From Euglena gracilis (taxonomy: Eukaryota), in contig CP154954.1 in NCBI GenBank assembly GCA_039621445.1, positions 40,975,572-41,039,571 of the forward strand: DNA of 64,000 bases, read 5' to 3'. A model generated the notes under the pieces. The model was not told the DNA's origin. It ran no database searches and saw only the letters and a program-made list of their open reading frames with translations. The translations under genes were made by a program, and so were the position numbers. This document shows, in pieces, positions 1 through 29,300 of the stretch. Positions within the stretch are counted from its first letter, which is position 1; every line of letters starts with the position of its first letter.

Positions 1-1092
1 AATCTCTGCCACATCCTTGTCTGGCTCTGGTGGCTGATGCTGAGCCTTTAGTTGTTTATTGATTACACTGCGTCCATTAATTATTGGTGCATTTTTATTA
101 TTGCATTGTAATTAATCCTTTCAATTCAGATTATCATTTGATTATTTAATTGTTAATTATTTGATTGTTATTTAATTTTATTTATGCATTTCATTTTGGT
201 TGAGACTCCATATTTTTGTCATGTCCTCTTCTATGCCATTTCTGTTCTGTGGCCGGAGCTTGGGCATGAGACTGATGCAAGGCAACATCATTGGTGTCGC
301 ATATGTCAGGGACCCTGCAGCAACGTAATGTTTTAAGGAGGAGAATCATGTTCGGCAACTGAATATATTATTACATTATAGGCCTGGAGAGTTTCTCAGA
401 CGAAAAGATACAATATTTGGCTGGGTGCATTGCATCACGATATTGAATTTGAGATTTTGATATTCATCTGATCTGATCGGATTTGATTCCCTTTCAGGCA
501 TCAGTGTGTGTTTTGTGATATTTTTTTTGTGCATCATGCGTATCACAACGAAAATTTTGTGCATCCCCAGTGTATCGCCAAAGTTTTGTGTTTCATTGTA
601 TATCATCAATGGCCCAGGCACTTTTGTGTATCACATATGTATCACCAAGAATTTACAGGAGAAGTCCAAATTGAAGGCGTTTTTTTTAATCATCTGTCAG
701 GGGCTGAATAATCAAACACCTCACTGTTTTTGTAGACAGCATTCATCTCCTGACCCCGAAACCTCTCCCAGTCCATGGGCTGTGGTGATCGTATGTGCGC
801 ACTGTACAATTGAGTCCAGTCCTGTGAGAGCAAAACCTTTGCCTTCCCTTACACCTTGCCGGGCTGGTGCTGCCCTCCTGTAAAGTGCACACTGCGTGAT
901 GCTGCCCCTCAGGCTGGGTTGATCAGCCCCTCCCGGGTGGGGCTCGTGGAGTGCCCCAAAGTGTAGGAATGTGCTCAAAATGGGCCTGTTCCGGCCTTCC
1001 GGGCCTTCGCCGCCCAAACCCCCCTGGGAGAGGCCTTACACACGCCTTGGCCCGGACGGGGGCAGCGGGGACCCTCCGCCAACGCCACAGCG

Positions 1093-17705
<16,613 letters not shown>

Positions 17706-19820
17706 CGTACTCCCGGAGGGGGCGGCGACCTCTTGAAGGGGGGACAGGTGTCCTTGCCACCAGGGAAAGGTCAGACAGAGAGACAGACACGCACGCACAG
17801 ACAGACAGACAGACAGACAGACGGACGGACTTGCATGCATTGATGCATGCATGCATATAGGTATGTATGCATGCATGATGCACGCATCATTCATGCATAC
17901 CAGGGCGTTGCTTACCTCTCCCCCCCTTGTCCAACGACTGGCCTTGTCCCCCGGTCAGTAGCGATCTTTTTCCAGGTGATCTTTTTTTCAGACGTTCGCG
18001 TTCTTTTTCTTACAACTTTCATGGCGGATTTTGTACCGAGTTAGCCAGCGGGAACCTATACGGGAACCTATGTGTTGGTGCCTTGTTGATTGCCGCACGT
18101 TTCTCCCTTTTTTTCATCATGAATCTGAGAGTTGTGGCCATGTCAGGCAAAGGAAACTTTTTTCTTCACCTTGGGGCAAAGCAGGAGGAAAAAAAATTGA
18201 CCCGGTCTTGTCTAACGGCCACCCCCCAGTCAGTCGCGAAAATAGCGACCCCCCCCCCGGTCAGTAGCCATGTTCAGCGGTCGTTGGACAAGGGGGGGGT
18301 AGAAAATTTGATCCCCCCAGGGGGGACCCTGCCAGCCAAGCCTTTTTCCAGCTGGCAGCCTTTTTCCAGCCCCGGACCCCCATCAACGAGATTGATTTAT
18401 TTCCGGCCGCCCGAAGGGTGGCTAGACAGCAACGGATTTTTCACTTCCAGGAGGTACAGAAATGGGCCAGAAATGGGCCAAATAAGGCTTAGAAAAGGGT
18501 TGGCAAGGGCAAGGACATCGTTTTTTTTTTTGCATAATTCTTAGGAGGCATAAACTGCCCAAAAATTTAAACCCCCTCGAAGCGGAAAAGGAAGCGGAAA
18601 AACGCTTCCTAAAATGGCCTGTTTTTTTTTAGGGTTTTGGAAGAGGTACCGATTTCGGCCATTTCTGATTACATGTTTGGCTTGTAGTAACGAAGTTTTA
18701 AAAACTCCGAAAACAAGCTAAAACGCCACTTAAATTTTGAAATTCAGCCTAAATGAACGAAAACCCTACAAAAAATTCAAAGACAGCAATAAAGTGCAAA
18801 CACACACCTCATGTCGGCTGCCGCCAGACGCAGAGGAAGACGATCCCCCCTGCAAAGGGGGGAAAATAATAAACACAAAATATAGGAAGCGGCAAAAATG
18901 ACATTCCGCTTCAAATTCATGCATAGGTTACCAAAATCGACAGCAGAAGAAACTTGACTGAGGGAATACCAACACAAACTGAATAAAATTTTCTTAAAAT
19001 GACAACGAAGCGGAAAACCGCTTTAATAGGAAACAGAAAAATTATGCAATAAATCAGATAGAAGTAGATGCAATTCAAACAGTGAATAATAATGCCCACA
19101 AACATTCGTTCAGCATTTCCGGAGGGACGTGATGAACAGGCACACACTGAGCAGTAATCAACGACATTAAGTACACACTACATACCGCAGAAGACATGAC
19201 AGCCAGAAGAAATGGTATACAAATGTAACAAACAGAACACTACACACCTGTAATCAAAGTCGTCGCCTGAGGTACCGGGCCATCGTAAGCAGGTAGGAGT
19301 GAAAACCTGCAAAAAACAAGCGGGAAAGTGGCGAAGCGGGTTTCCGCTTCCTCAAAGCAAGGCAGATAAATTTGGTCTAATTCATACTGAACTGTACTGG
19401 TCTGAAACTACCATTGCCAACATCACTAAACGAACTGAATGCAGAAAGTAGTGAGGTCTGTGAAACTTGAACTACCCAACAAATATAAATCCCGCCTGAA
19501 ACAGTAGTGAGAAGATGCATTGTATCCCGAAGCACCATTAACCGTGCAAGTTGCGGATTTGTAACTATGATTCTCAAAACAAAGGTCAGTGCTGGAACAA
19601 ACCCCACAGCCCCCAGTTCCGCAGCCATGCCAAAGACAAGCACAAATGACAGACACGGCGAAATGGGTGGGTGTGGTGTGGTGAAGGCGTGCGCATGGTT
19701 GGGGACTGGGTGTGGGTGTGGGTATGGGTCTGGGTCCAGTCCAGGTCTGGGTCTCGCTTGTCCCTCCCTCGCTGGCGGCACCAGCCGCCCGCTGCCACCG
19801 CGGCTGCCGCAGCCGCCCGC

Positions 19821-22800
19821 TCACTCGTCATCCACCAGCATCTCCTGGATGTTCTCCAGGGCGGACCGCTTCCTCGGCAGCAGGGAGCGGCGCAAACGGG
19901 AGACCTGGAACTCACATAACGGTTTTGATTCGATGCCATTGAGTGGAATCGCAGCGGAATCAATTCACAGTAAAACGTGATACTCCCTACCAATCTTACG
20001 AAAATTGCTCTGATTCAGTTATAAGGAAGCGGAAAACGCTTCATCAAACAGAATTGTTAAATGACTGCCAACTGGACAGATGGTATAAGGAAAGAGATAT
20101 CACAGACAATCCACCATTAGGCCCCTCCCTGTGTGTCGGGCGCTCCGGCGGTTCCGGGGACGACTCGTAGGAGTGCCGGGCCGGCTGCTGCGAGGAGGCG
20201 GACTGCTTCCCCCGGGCGCCCTTCTTGGGCGTGTCCTTGGTCTTCTTGTCCGGCTTGTCCTTGGTCTCCTTCTCCTTGTGCTTGTCCTGGGACTCCTTGG
20301 CCTTGGACTCCTTCGGGTCCCGGCCGCCCTGCTTGGACGGGGGCTCCTCCTCCGTCGGTGGTGCGGGGGCCGTCTCCGTCCCCTCCGGGATGTACCCGGA
20401 CACGTTCAGGGCCACGTGGCGGACGATCTTCAGGTGGACGTCCTTGGCCACAGGGCAGCCCAATGAAAATGCCTTTTGTGGAATCAGAAGGGAAAGGGAT
20501 TGCAGATACAAATCAGCAAAAAAATAAACAAAACAACTCGAAGCGGTTTTCCGCTTCAATCTTTAAATCCAGAAAAAGAAACAGATTCAGCGAGGAGACC
20601 TTCGATTTATGCATTCATCAAATGTCAAAACATGTGAAATTGAATTCAGTGAGAGTAAGAGACAGAAGCCTGTGCCACCCTGCACCCAGATCACCGGCGG
20701 TAGCCCGTCGGCCACCCTCACTTCGCGGCCGATGTCCTCCAGGCAGCGCTGCTGGGCCTCTGCATCGTCGGAGGGGAGCGCCGGCACGCCCCACAGCAGA
20801 TTGATGGCGCTGCCTGCCCGCACCGCCAGCTGGGCGGACAGCACCGGCCGGGAACTCAGCACCATCACCCACTCGGCGGTGGCCACCTCCAGCCGCCGCA
20901 GGAACCACCAGGCCACCTCCACAGGAACAAGATGGGCAACGTCGGGTGCACCGGATTGCACTTCAAATCAGACATGGACAAAAACCAACGATGTTGGGTG
21001 ACACTGCCCTCAACAACCGGGACACGTTTCATGCTTAAAGGATGAAAACTGAAGACAACACCTTTAACATTAACTGGCATGCTAAGTGCAATCCGGGACC
21101 TGGTGCATCCCCTGCAAGGTGATCTGGCCGGGGTCCTACGACGGGAAGGAACAAGGTTTTTCTGTTATGTACGATGTACATGTATGCATTCACTTTGTCA
21201 TAGACAAGAAAAGAAAACAACTTCTCTCATGAACAGGAAGCGCTTTTCCGCTTGATCATGAAATGAAGAAAATAATAACATAAAGTGCACCTTCATGGTC
21301 TTCTTGTTGGTGGTGAGCACGGACAGGGTCCTTCGCGCCCAGATCCACTCCGGGTCGGGCCCAGGCTGCGGGATGAAGAGGACGATGTCCTTGCGGAAGA
21401 CGGTCATCTCACTGCCCAGCAACTTCGTCAGCCGCGCTTGAAGATCTCGCAGGTCGATGTCCCTCCCGACGGCGATCATGGGCACCCCCGTCAGCATGAG
21501 CCTCAACACCTCGGTATGCACGCTGTCCTCGTCGGCGAACTGCTGGGGCTCCACTTCCACCACCACGGCTGCCAGGTCCAGCAGACGGAGGTCCTTCGGC
21601 CAGGCGTTGTCCGTGGACTGCATGGGCACCACGTGGATGAGGCCGGTCTTCGGCGCCTCAGGCTGGGCAGCCCGCTTGGCCGTGGCCCGGCCTGGCGTGG
21701 AGATCTCCTGGGTGCTGGACACCTCCTCCTCGGGCTTCTTGGACTTCCCGGGCGTTGACAGGCCGCGGCCAGGCAGGCTCATGCCGTGCAGGTCCAGGGT
21801 GCCGAAGACGCCCCCGATCTTGACGACGGGCTCCATCACGGGGCCAAGCAGCCGCTGCCTGAGGCCCTCGTACCGGGGGTCGGCCCACAGCGGCGCCCCT
21901 ATCTGCAGCACCCACTCCGTGACCGGGACCATGGCTTTGACCCACGTGCCCTGAGGTGGACAAAAAAATGAAATAGAGGATAATGAAGCGGAAAAACGCT
22001 TCCATGTGCATTTTTACTGTATTAGAAAACACATCAGAAAACCTCCAACCACAAACTGAGTATGCCATCTGCCATCATTTGTTAAATAACATGGGTTGTA
22101 TAATCATCCATAGGCGACAGTACATACCAGGGCACCGTCCACGGTCTCCCGGCATCCCGTCTTGCTGTACACGTTCCTCAACAACTCCGTTTTGGTGGGG
22201 TTGTACGCCACCCCTTCCGCCTCGGCAAGGTCCCGGTTGTGGGTGTCCTCCTTCAGCAGCCAGTGCAGGCGGTCCGCCAGGGTCATGTCCATGACGTTGC
22301 CATCCATGGCCTGCAACCTGCCTGCCAGCTGCTGGCGCTCGATGATGCTGGTGTACTCCTTCACAACCTTGCACCGGAACCTCTCCGTGAAGCCTGGAGG
22401 CCGCCGGGCATCGGCGATGGCGGCGTCGGCGATGGCCGACGCGGCCAAGTATCGATGTTGACCACTCAGTATCACCCACTTGCCGGTAGCTGCAAGGAGG
22501 GGAAGTCAGTTCAGAAAGAATCCATTGCCCCACACAAAGCATGAAAGATCATTTCCATATGATGAAACAATGAAACACACAACCTACGTCCAACCCACCA
22601 AATTGAAGTGTGGGGGTCTGATCCACCTGACACGACAAACACAATATGAAGGGTGCAGGTGGACACCTCTCTCCGGCCACACCGTCAGCACCAGCTCCTG
22701 CGGCGGATTGTTCTTCAGCTCGGTGATGAGGTCGTTCACGTGCTCCTGACGGGGCCGCCGGACCTGCCCCCGGCTCAGGTCAACGTCCAGGACCAGCTGC

Positions 22801-23125
22801 CCGACTGCAGGGTTAGTTAAGTTATATTTCTTTTGTGGGAGAAATAATGCATTTCACGGCAATGAAGCGTGTTTCCGCTTCATTAGTTGAGCAAAGTGAT
22901 TTTTTCCCGTCAATACATCTGAACGTTAGCTTCAATGATCAATGTCAACAGAAGTCTTCCCACTGAGGGCAATCTTGCCACACTGTCCAATCGATACCTG
23001 TCCATTCACCAAAAAGAACCACAAATCTAACCCTGTTCCCTCTGCAGCCACATCTCCTCGTCTTCCAGCAGCTTCGGGATCGACTGTCCCGTGGTGTCTG
23101 CCTTCGCCAGCTTCTTCGGAGGCAT
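19821..23125 (-). CDS. 8-exon ParB/Sulfiredoxin-fold (GQHR-motif) protein of ~630 aa with a Lys/Glu-rich C-terminal tail
   Basis: Exons 23125-23039 (MPPKKLAKADTTGQSIPKLLEDEEMWLQR), 22802-22667 (GQLVLDVDLSRGQVRRPRQEHVNDLITELKNNPPQELVLTVWPER), 22489-22128 (ATGKWVILSGQHRYLAA...), 21950-21291, 21135-~21100, ~20945-20686, 20445-20135 and 19875-19821 (RKRSALENIQEMLVDDE*). Six of seven junctions join in frame; the exon 5/6 junction is unresolved. Confidence 0.8.
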
Positions 23126-23130
23126 GTGTA

Positions 23131-23160
23131 CTGGTCTGTGAAGAAAAATGCAAAAAATAT
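23131..23160 (-). promoter_or_regulatory. Candidate splice (possibly SL trans-splice) acceptor just upstream of the ParB-like ATG
   Basis: Minus strand has a U-rich tract followed by CACAG-accag-tacac-ATG. Confidence 0.45.
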
Positions 23161-23794
23161 GTACATAATCCTCTAATCTGTTGGAAATGAGGCTGAGATG
23201 AATGGATTTGCATCATTTATTTTCTAAAAAGACTTATAAAACACAGTCAAATGTCAGGTAAAATCCTTCTCAAAACAGGAGTACCTGGGAACTTGTGCTG
23301 AATTGATGTGGTTGGTGGTACAACTGCCATGTTACGTCGGTTAGAAACCTCGCGATTCAGAAACGTAGGGATGGATTTACGTATTTTTTCTGCTATTTTT
23401 CTTTGAAGCGGAGAAACGCTTCCTATTTTGCCTCATTTTAAAATTTATACGTGTTTATTTTCTGTGCAACTGCCTGGGTGATCACAGTCACTACCCACAT
23501 TTGCTTGACTGCCTGCCGTGATCACAGTTACTACTCCACCATCGGAACATCACGGGCGTATGTAGTATCTTGATCTCGGTATATACACTGACGTCCCATC
23601 TTTCACCAGCTGACCAATGTGACTTGCACCAGAAAGCGAACATCCTCCAGCACACTGCGTTCAATCTCTGTACCGATGAACCCGACTGCCTGGGTGATCA
23701 CAGTCGCTACCCACGCTTCTGGCTTCATCTGAAGCGGATTCCCGCTGCCTCTTGTAAAAGCAAAAAAAGGAGGCTGTCACTGGTAGGGAACCAC

Positions 23795-24900
23795 AGACAG
23801 TACGTGGAGGGGGTGGGCAGTCCCCGCCACATACGGCCTTTGCTGGCCATTGCCAGCGGCAGCCCGTAGAGCACGTTCAGGTAAACCTCCTGAATGCGTG
23901 CGGTTTGATTAATGTAGTACTTGGTGGTCACAGTACTCGGTATGAACAGACATGATCGCGATTTCGGGCGTAGGTGAAGCGTTTTTCCGCTTCATTTTAT
24001 GTGCGGTTAAATATACAGGTGTCTTCTGTCAGCGGATTGTTGTTAAAAACTCCGCCAAGGTCATGTTCGCAGAGGACTTCTCATGGACTCGATGAACTCA
24101 GCAGTGTATCAAAGGGTAAGAGGCGTGTACAACGATGTGCTGTGGACCAATCTTGGCTTCGATCCACCACTGTAACCACGTTCTTTCATGTGGATGCTAA
24201 CATTTCCGTTGTTCCTCCGTTCGTGGTACATTCAACCGGTAAACAGTTACGAAGCTCGCGAGTGACATTAAGCACATTGGTCACTTCCTCAAAACGAAGC
24301 GGAAAGCCGCTTCATGTACGTTCCATCAATGATTTTTGTGTGGTTTTATCATCGTTGGAATTCAATCCGCGATGTGGTTAACCGTTTAACGTTTAACTGT
24401 ACCACAAAGTGCAGTTTGTGACATGCACCACACGCTTCGTAATGTTTATGTATTGAGATGACTGGGGAGCCTGGACTGTACGATCGCCTGCCCGGTCCAG
24501 CAAAAGCCGTAACCGAACCCCTGACGGCTGGGCACCGTTCGGGGGTCCGGGGAAGTGAATTGGACCCGGTCCAGCCTCTCCCCTTTTTAATGAAATTGTG
24601 TCCATTATGTACAAAGGAAGCGGATAACCGCTTCCTTTGTGTTCCCTATCCGTTTTTCAGGCCCTATGCATTCGCTCCGCGAGGTACACAACCACAAAAC
24701 CGCTAAGTGTACCACGAACCTCGTATCTTAGTTATACCATCAGTCTAGGTTTAAAACCATTCTGACACAAACAGTACAAGGCGGGGAGCCACGGGGCTGC
24801 CGGGTGCCTGCTTCCGCCGCTTGCAGCCCCGGCAGCCCACAGGAAGAACCGACACCGACGGTGGCCAACGTCGGTGTCACGCAGAGTGAATCACGAATGT
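23795..24900 (-). CDS. Possible exons of a second, unidentified gene in the CTTAGG element
   Basis: GC-rich coding-like blocks at ~23800-23892 (QEVYLNVLYGLPLAMASKGRMWRGLPTPSTY), ~24460-24580 and ~24775-24890, separated by AT-rich spacers. No family recognised. Confidence 0.35.
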
Positions 24901-26364
24901 TCAACGTGGTCTCTCCTCCTTTTTATCTGACTCAGCATAAATGTACATGTATTTCTGTTACAACTGATTCATTTGACCTTCCGTTAACTTCACGACCAAG
25001 GATGTCCAATGAAGCGGTATTCCGCTTCATTAGACAGTTTACTTTATTTTCTTCGTTGTGCTTCTGTCTCACGTTCACGTGTGTTTTTGCTACATGTATA
25101 TTATCTTTCTGTATCTGTGTGTTTCATGGAGAGATGACAACGTTCATCGTTTGTGGATGTAGTAGTTTTTCTAAAACCTTTTTGTTCAGTCGCATCTCTC
25201 CGTGAATCTGCTAAAAATTAATTTCGGAAATCATCGAAGCGGTTTTCCGCTTCATCTGTTTTGCATCCGAAACGGTGAAAAAATTTCTGTTAACACGTGT
25301 AACTCGAAATTTTGGCCTTTTTTTGCAGTATTTTTTGGGCACTTTGGATGCCACTTCAGTCAGTTTTATCATGGGCAGTTTGCGCCTCCTAAGTAATTGG
25401 CAGTTTTTTGGACATTTTTATGACTTCATTTTTTTGCCCCCGGTTCGACCCCAAGTCCGGCCCAGCTCCAGCCTGGGACACCTATGGGGCGGGGAGGGAG
25501 GGGGTCAGCCAGCAGCCTTTTTCCAGCCAGCTCATGTTTTCCAGCCCCTGAGCTGGACCCCCCGGGAGTCCTAAGCAACTCCCTGATGCATACATACAGA
25601 CATGCATTCATACATACAGACAGAGAGACGGACAGACAGACAGACAGACAGATATACGGACGGACGGACGGACGGACAGATGGACATACACAGGGATAAA
25701 AGTGAATTTATTCACCTTCTTTATTCTCCTCTGAGTTGCATGTCAAACAAAACAAACACATGAAAGCCTTTCTTTTGCAGTTTGATTTTTTTCTTCTGTT
25801 TTTTTAAAAAAGGAGGAACCAATTGTTTTTTTTTGCCCCGGTTCGGCCCTGCGGGGTCCTGGAACGGCGCCAGATCTGGGCAAACTCGGTCGACCGGGGG
25901 AGATTCGGCACTTAATTAGAAGGATAGGGTTAGGGTTGGGATTGGCGCGCCGAAAATTGGCACTTTTGAGGGACCCAGTTGGGCCGGACAGTGGGTTCCG
26001 TTTTGGGAACATCCTTGAATCGCCCGTTTTTCCCAAAAATGCCCGAATTCGACCCAAATTCCCCCAAAATTCGCCCGCTGTGCAGCCGAACTCCTCCCTG
26101 AATTCCGAAACGGGGGAGGCCTCCGGGAATCCGGTCGCGACCCTAACCCCATCCCTAAAAATAGCCCGACTTTCGCCTGAGGGTCGGACGCGGGGGATGC
26201 TACATGGACCACTCCCCTGGAGCTACTATTTGGCCGGCGGGCCAAGTAGTAGCTTGCTGCGATTTCTTCGATCAAATTTTTGCAGCTGTCTTCATTTTTG
26301 GCTGCCGAGAGCTTTCGCCACTCCTCGTCCCCGTGGGGGTGGGGACCCGCTCTCGGCTTCCAAA

Positions 26365-29300
26365 ATGTCCATGCGGCCGAGCGAGAGGCCGCGGTGCCCG
26401 GCCTCCCCGAAGCCCGGACCACATCCCGGGCCGCAACCTTGATTCCTCCCGGGGCTCCCCCGGCCCTCCCCGGGGTGGGGCCCTCCGCCCTGGCCCCGGC
26501 GGACGACGTCGCCAGCCACGCCTTCACGTTCGAGGACGGCCCGCCGCTGCCGGCCCGCCCCTCACCCAGCGCCGCCAACCCGACACACCACTTCGTCCTC
26601 TGTCTCTCCGCAGCTCCTCCTCGCTCCTCCCTCCCTTCCTCTTTCCCTTTTTGTGCCCCCCGACACGGGGGGGGGGGGGGTGGTCCCCGACACGGGGGGG
26701 GGGGGGCGGGGGGAGGGGGCAGCTGTTGATTGCAAAGGCAGTGGTGGAGCGCAGAGCTTGCGTTGCATGTCTGCCTGAACACTCACCTGCACCACAGGCA
26801 CAGTTTTCTTTCCGAGCTCTATAGCCCTGATGTTGTTGCCAGAAACGCGAGATAAAAATTCAAACTCAACCATCTAAAAGGAGGGGTCAAATCCTTTTCT
26901 GGAGTGCAAGGGGACTCACTTCGCCAGGAACACTGTTAGAGTGAAAATCAGATCATTTATTTCAAATCAGATCTAAAATCAGATCCAGAAATGAAAAATT
27001 CCTGGAATTATTATGAATTTTACCCGGTGATTATGGTTTTTACCTGGTGAGACTTATTTGAGCTGAGAATCTATGGATTTCGCATGACCTATTTGTTTTT
27101 GGGGGCTCATGCCAGCTTCCATCTCTTATTGGCCACACTAATCACGAACTGTACAGAGAGTTAATTTCATTCTTTTTATCAAGCAATTTCACTGAAATCA
27201 AACACCCGTGGATGGGTCGCGGTCGGGCTGTACAGGAATCCCCGAAACCCAATGGGTGGTCGGTGGAGGGGGTCCAACCCCCCCCCCCCACCCCTTCCCG
27301 TATTTCTGGTGGGATTATTCGGCCAAAGTTTTCTTTGCGCGACTGCCATGGTGGGTGGGGGTCGACCCCTCCCCGGGTGGGGTGCCAACCCCCCCACCAG
27401 GCCTTTCCGTACAGCCCTGGGGTGGATGGATATGAAAATAATGTGTGTGTGTGTGTGTGTGTATGCATGTGTGTGCACATGCGTGCGTGCGTGCATGTGT
27501 GGGTGGGTGGATGTGTAGGTGGGTGGGTGGGTTGGTGTTGAGATGTGGGGGTGCTGGCAGGATGGCAGTGATCTTTGCCCCCCCATGCCGCGTCGCTGGG
27601 CGCCTCGCCGGTGGAAGCGGATCGTTGGTTTGGCTGTGGGACAAACCCCGGTTGGCCACTCCCCCCCCCCCCCCGCTTCTGTGAGGGCCGCTCCACCGAC
27701 GGCGGAGCTGGGGCTCTCCCCCGTCGCATACGACGCTGCCGGTCCTCCGCCCCCGGACCCCACAGCCTCTGCAGATCCCAGCTCCCCAGCCAGGCAGGGA
27801 CCGGTGTGCGGGCTGCCCCCTTCCCATGGAGCGCACTGCTGCGCGCTGTTTAGGCCAGAGTTCCGAGGTTCAGGGCAAGAACCAGGGAGGCCCAGGAATG
27901 TGTCGAACGGGGCCTTTTTTTGCATCAATTCCCAACTGCTCAACCTTTCATTGCATTTTTGACAACGTTCAAATGGATATTTTCCCTCTGCATTGCATGG
28001 GTCAAAGCTGCTGATGAAGGATCTTTTGAAGCTTTTCGGCAGGGGTCTCGCAGGGCAGGGTCGAAATAATTTGGGCTTTGCTCAAAATGAGGACATTGCA
28101 CACTCGGGGCGATTATTTGAGGCAGTTACACCATCGGCAGTGATACAGTGAGGCAGTTCTTGCGCAGGAGAGTGCGTGGCCGTTCCCATCAGCTGAAAGG
28201 TATTTTGGAATCCATGATTCTGGAGGGGGCACAGCAGTGCTTCCTGCCTTGTCTGCCCGTGCTTGTTTTGCTTGCGTGCACAGTTCAGTGCACACACATA
28301 CCGTTCGGTGTGTTTTTTTTTTTTTTTTTGGTTTTCCATCCACTGCAGGCAGGGACCCCCACAGGTCCCTGACGCCGACGACGCACCGTTGGTCCTCCTC
28401 ACGGAGGCTTCCTCTGGTACTTGACCAGCGTGTCAAATAGCCACTCACCAGTCGGTCGGGCGTGTTTTCTGACACACACTGAGAGAGTCAGGGTGGAGAG
28501 CCTGGCTTTCCCCTCAGGCCACAGTGTCTCTCAGGCTTGCTCACCCAGGAGCCCCAACCAGACAATTGCTTAAGCACTGACCAACCCCCCCCCCCCCCCG
28601 GGGGGGGGGGGGACGGGTTTTTTCAAAATGACCGACCTGTTTTTGGCCCGGACCCTCCCCCCCCCCCCGGGGGGGGGTCGGCCAGGAGTGGGCAAAAGTG
28701 GCTTGAGTGACCCCGGCGCCGAAGGCGCCGGAAAATTTTTTGGGCCTAAAATGGCCTAAAGTGACTGGAAAGTGGCCGTTTTTCTGAGTGGCCGACCCCC
28801 CCCCCCCGGGGGGGGGGAGTGACTGGCTGGTTTTTTGAAAATGAGTGACTGACTGGTTTTTAAAAAAGTGGAGTGACCCCCCCCTCCCCCCCCGGGGGTC
28901 GGTAAGCAATTGTATGGCCCCAACCCACCATCATTTCCGGGCTGTGGCGTCCCTCAGAGAGCGCCTGGAGCCCACCCTTCCCTCCTCCCCACGTTTCCAC
29001 CGCCTGATCCCTTTCCTCCTCTGGGTCTGGATGGGCCGAGGGAAGCCCCCTTTGCCTCGCAACGCATCCTGCATGATGTGGCACCTTCGAACCAGGTCTT
29101 CCCCACCTGCCAGCCTTTTGTTATTCTGGCGGGGTGTTTCCTGGATTTCCATGTCTGGCTGATGGAGGGTGCTTGAAGACACGTTATCGGAGGTGACATT
29201 TCTTTTGAAGGCAGCAGCCCATATGCCAGTGTGCTGTGGTATTTTGAAGGCTCCAGCTCGCTCCAGGGAAACACCTTAATTGGTTCAGCTTTACAGTTTA

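Larger units (their letters stand above)
18540..25393. mobile_element. CTTAGG-type TIR element, 6854 bp, carrying a ParB-like gene and at least 15 GAAGCG-core palindromes
   Basis: Left end cttaggaggcataaactgccca; right end tgggcagtttgcgcctcctaag (2 mismatches in 22). 5-bp TSD TAATT at 18535-18539 and 25394-25398. Confidence 0.93.
17901..25585. mobile_element. hAT-like MITE (~0.83 kb of its own sequence) interrupted by the 6.85-kb CTTAGG element
   Basis: Ends cagggcgttgctta / taagcaactccctg; 8-bp TSD ATGCATAC at 17893-17900 and 25586-25593; inserted in a GACA/GCAT microsatellite. Confidence 0.88.

Noticed and set aside
18591-25253. Palindromes as CRISPR repeats, REP elements or rho-independent terminators
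   Set aside because: Spacing is hundreds of bp, the context is eukaryotic introns, and there is no consistent U-tract or gene-end position.
18540-25393. DDE transposase or integrase inside the CTTAGG elements
   Set aside because: No recognisable catalytic motif; the unresolved exons at 23.8-24.9 kb cannot be assigned without searches.
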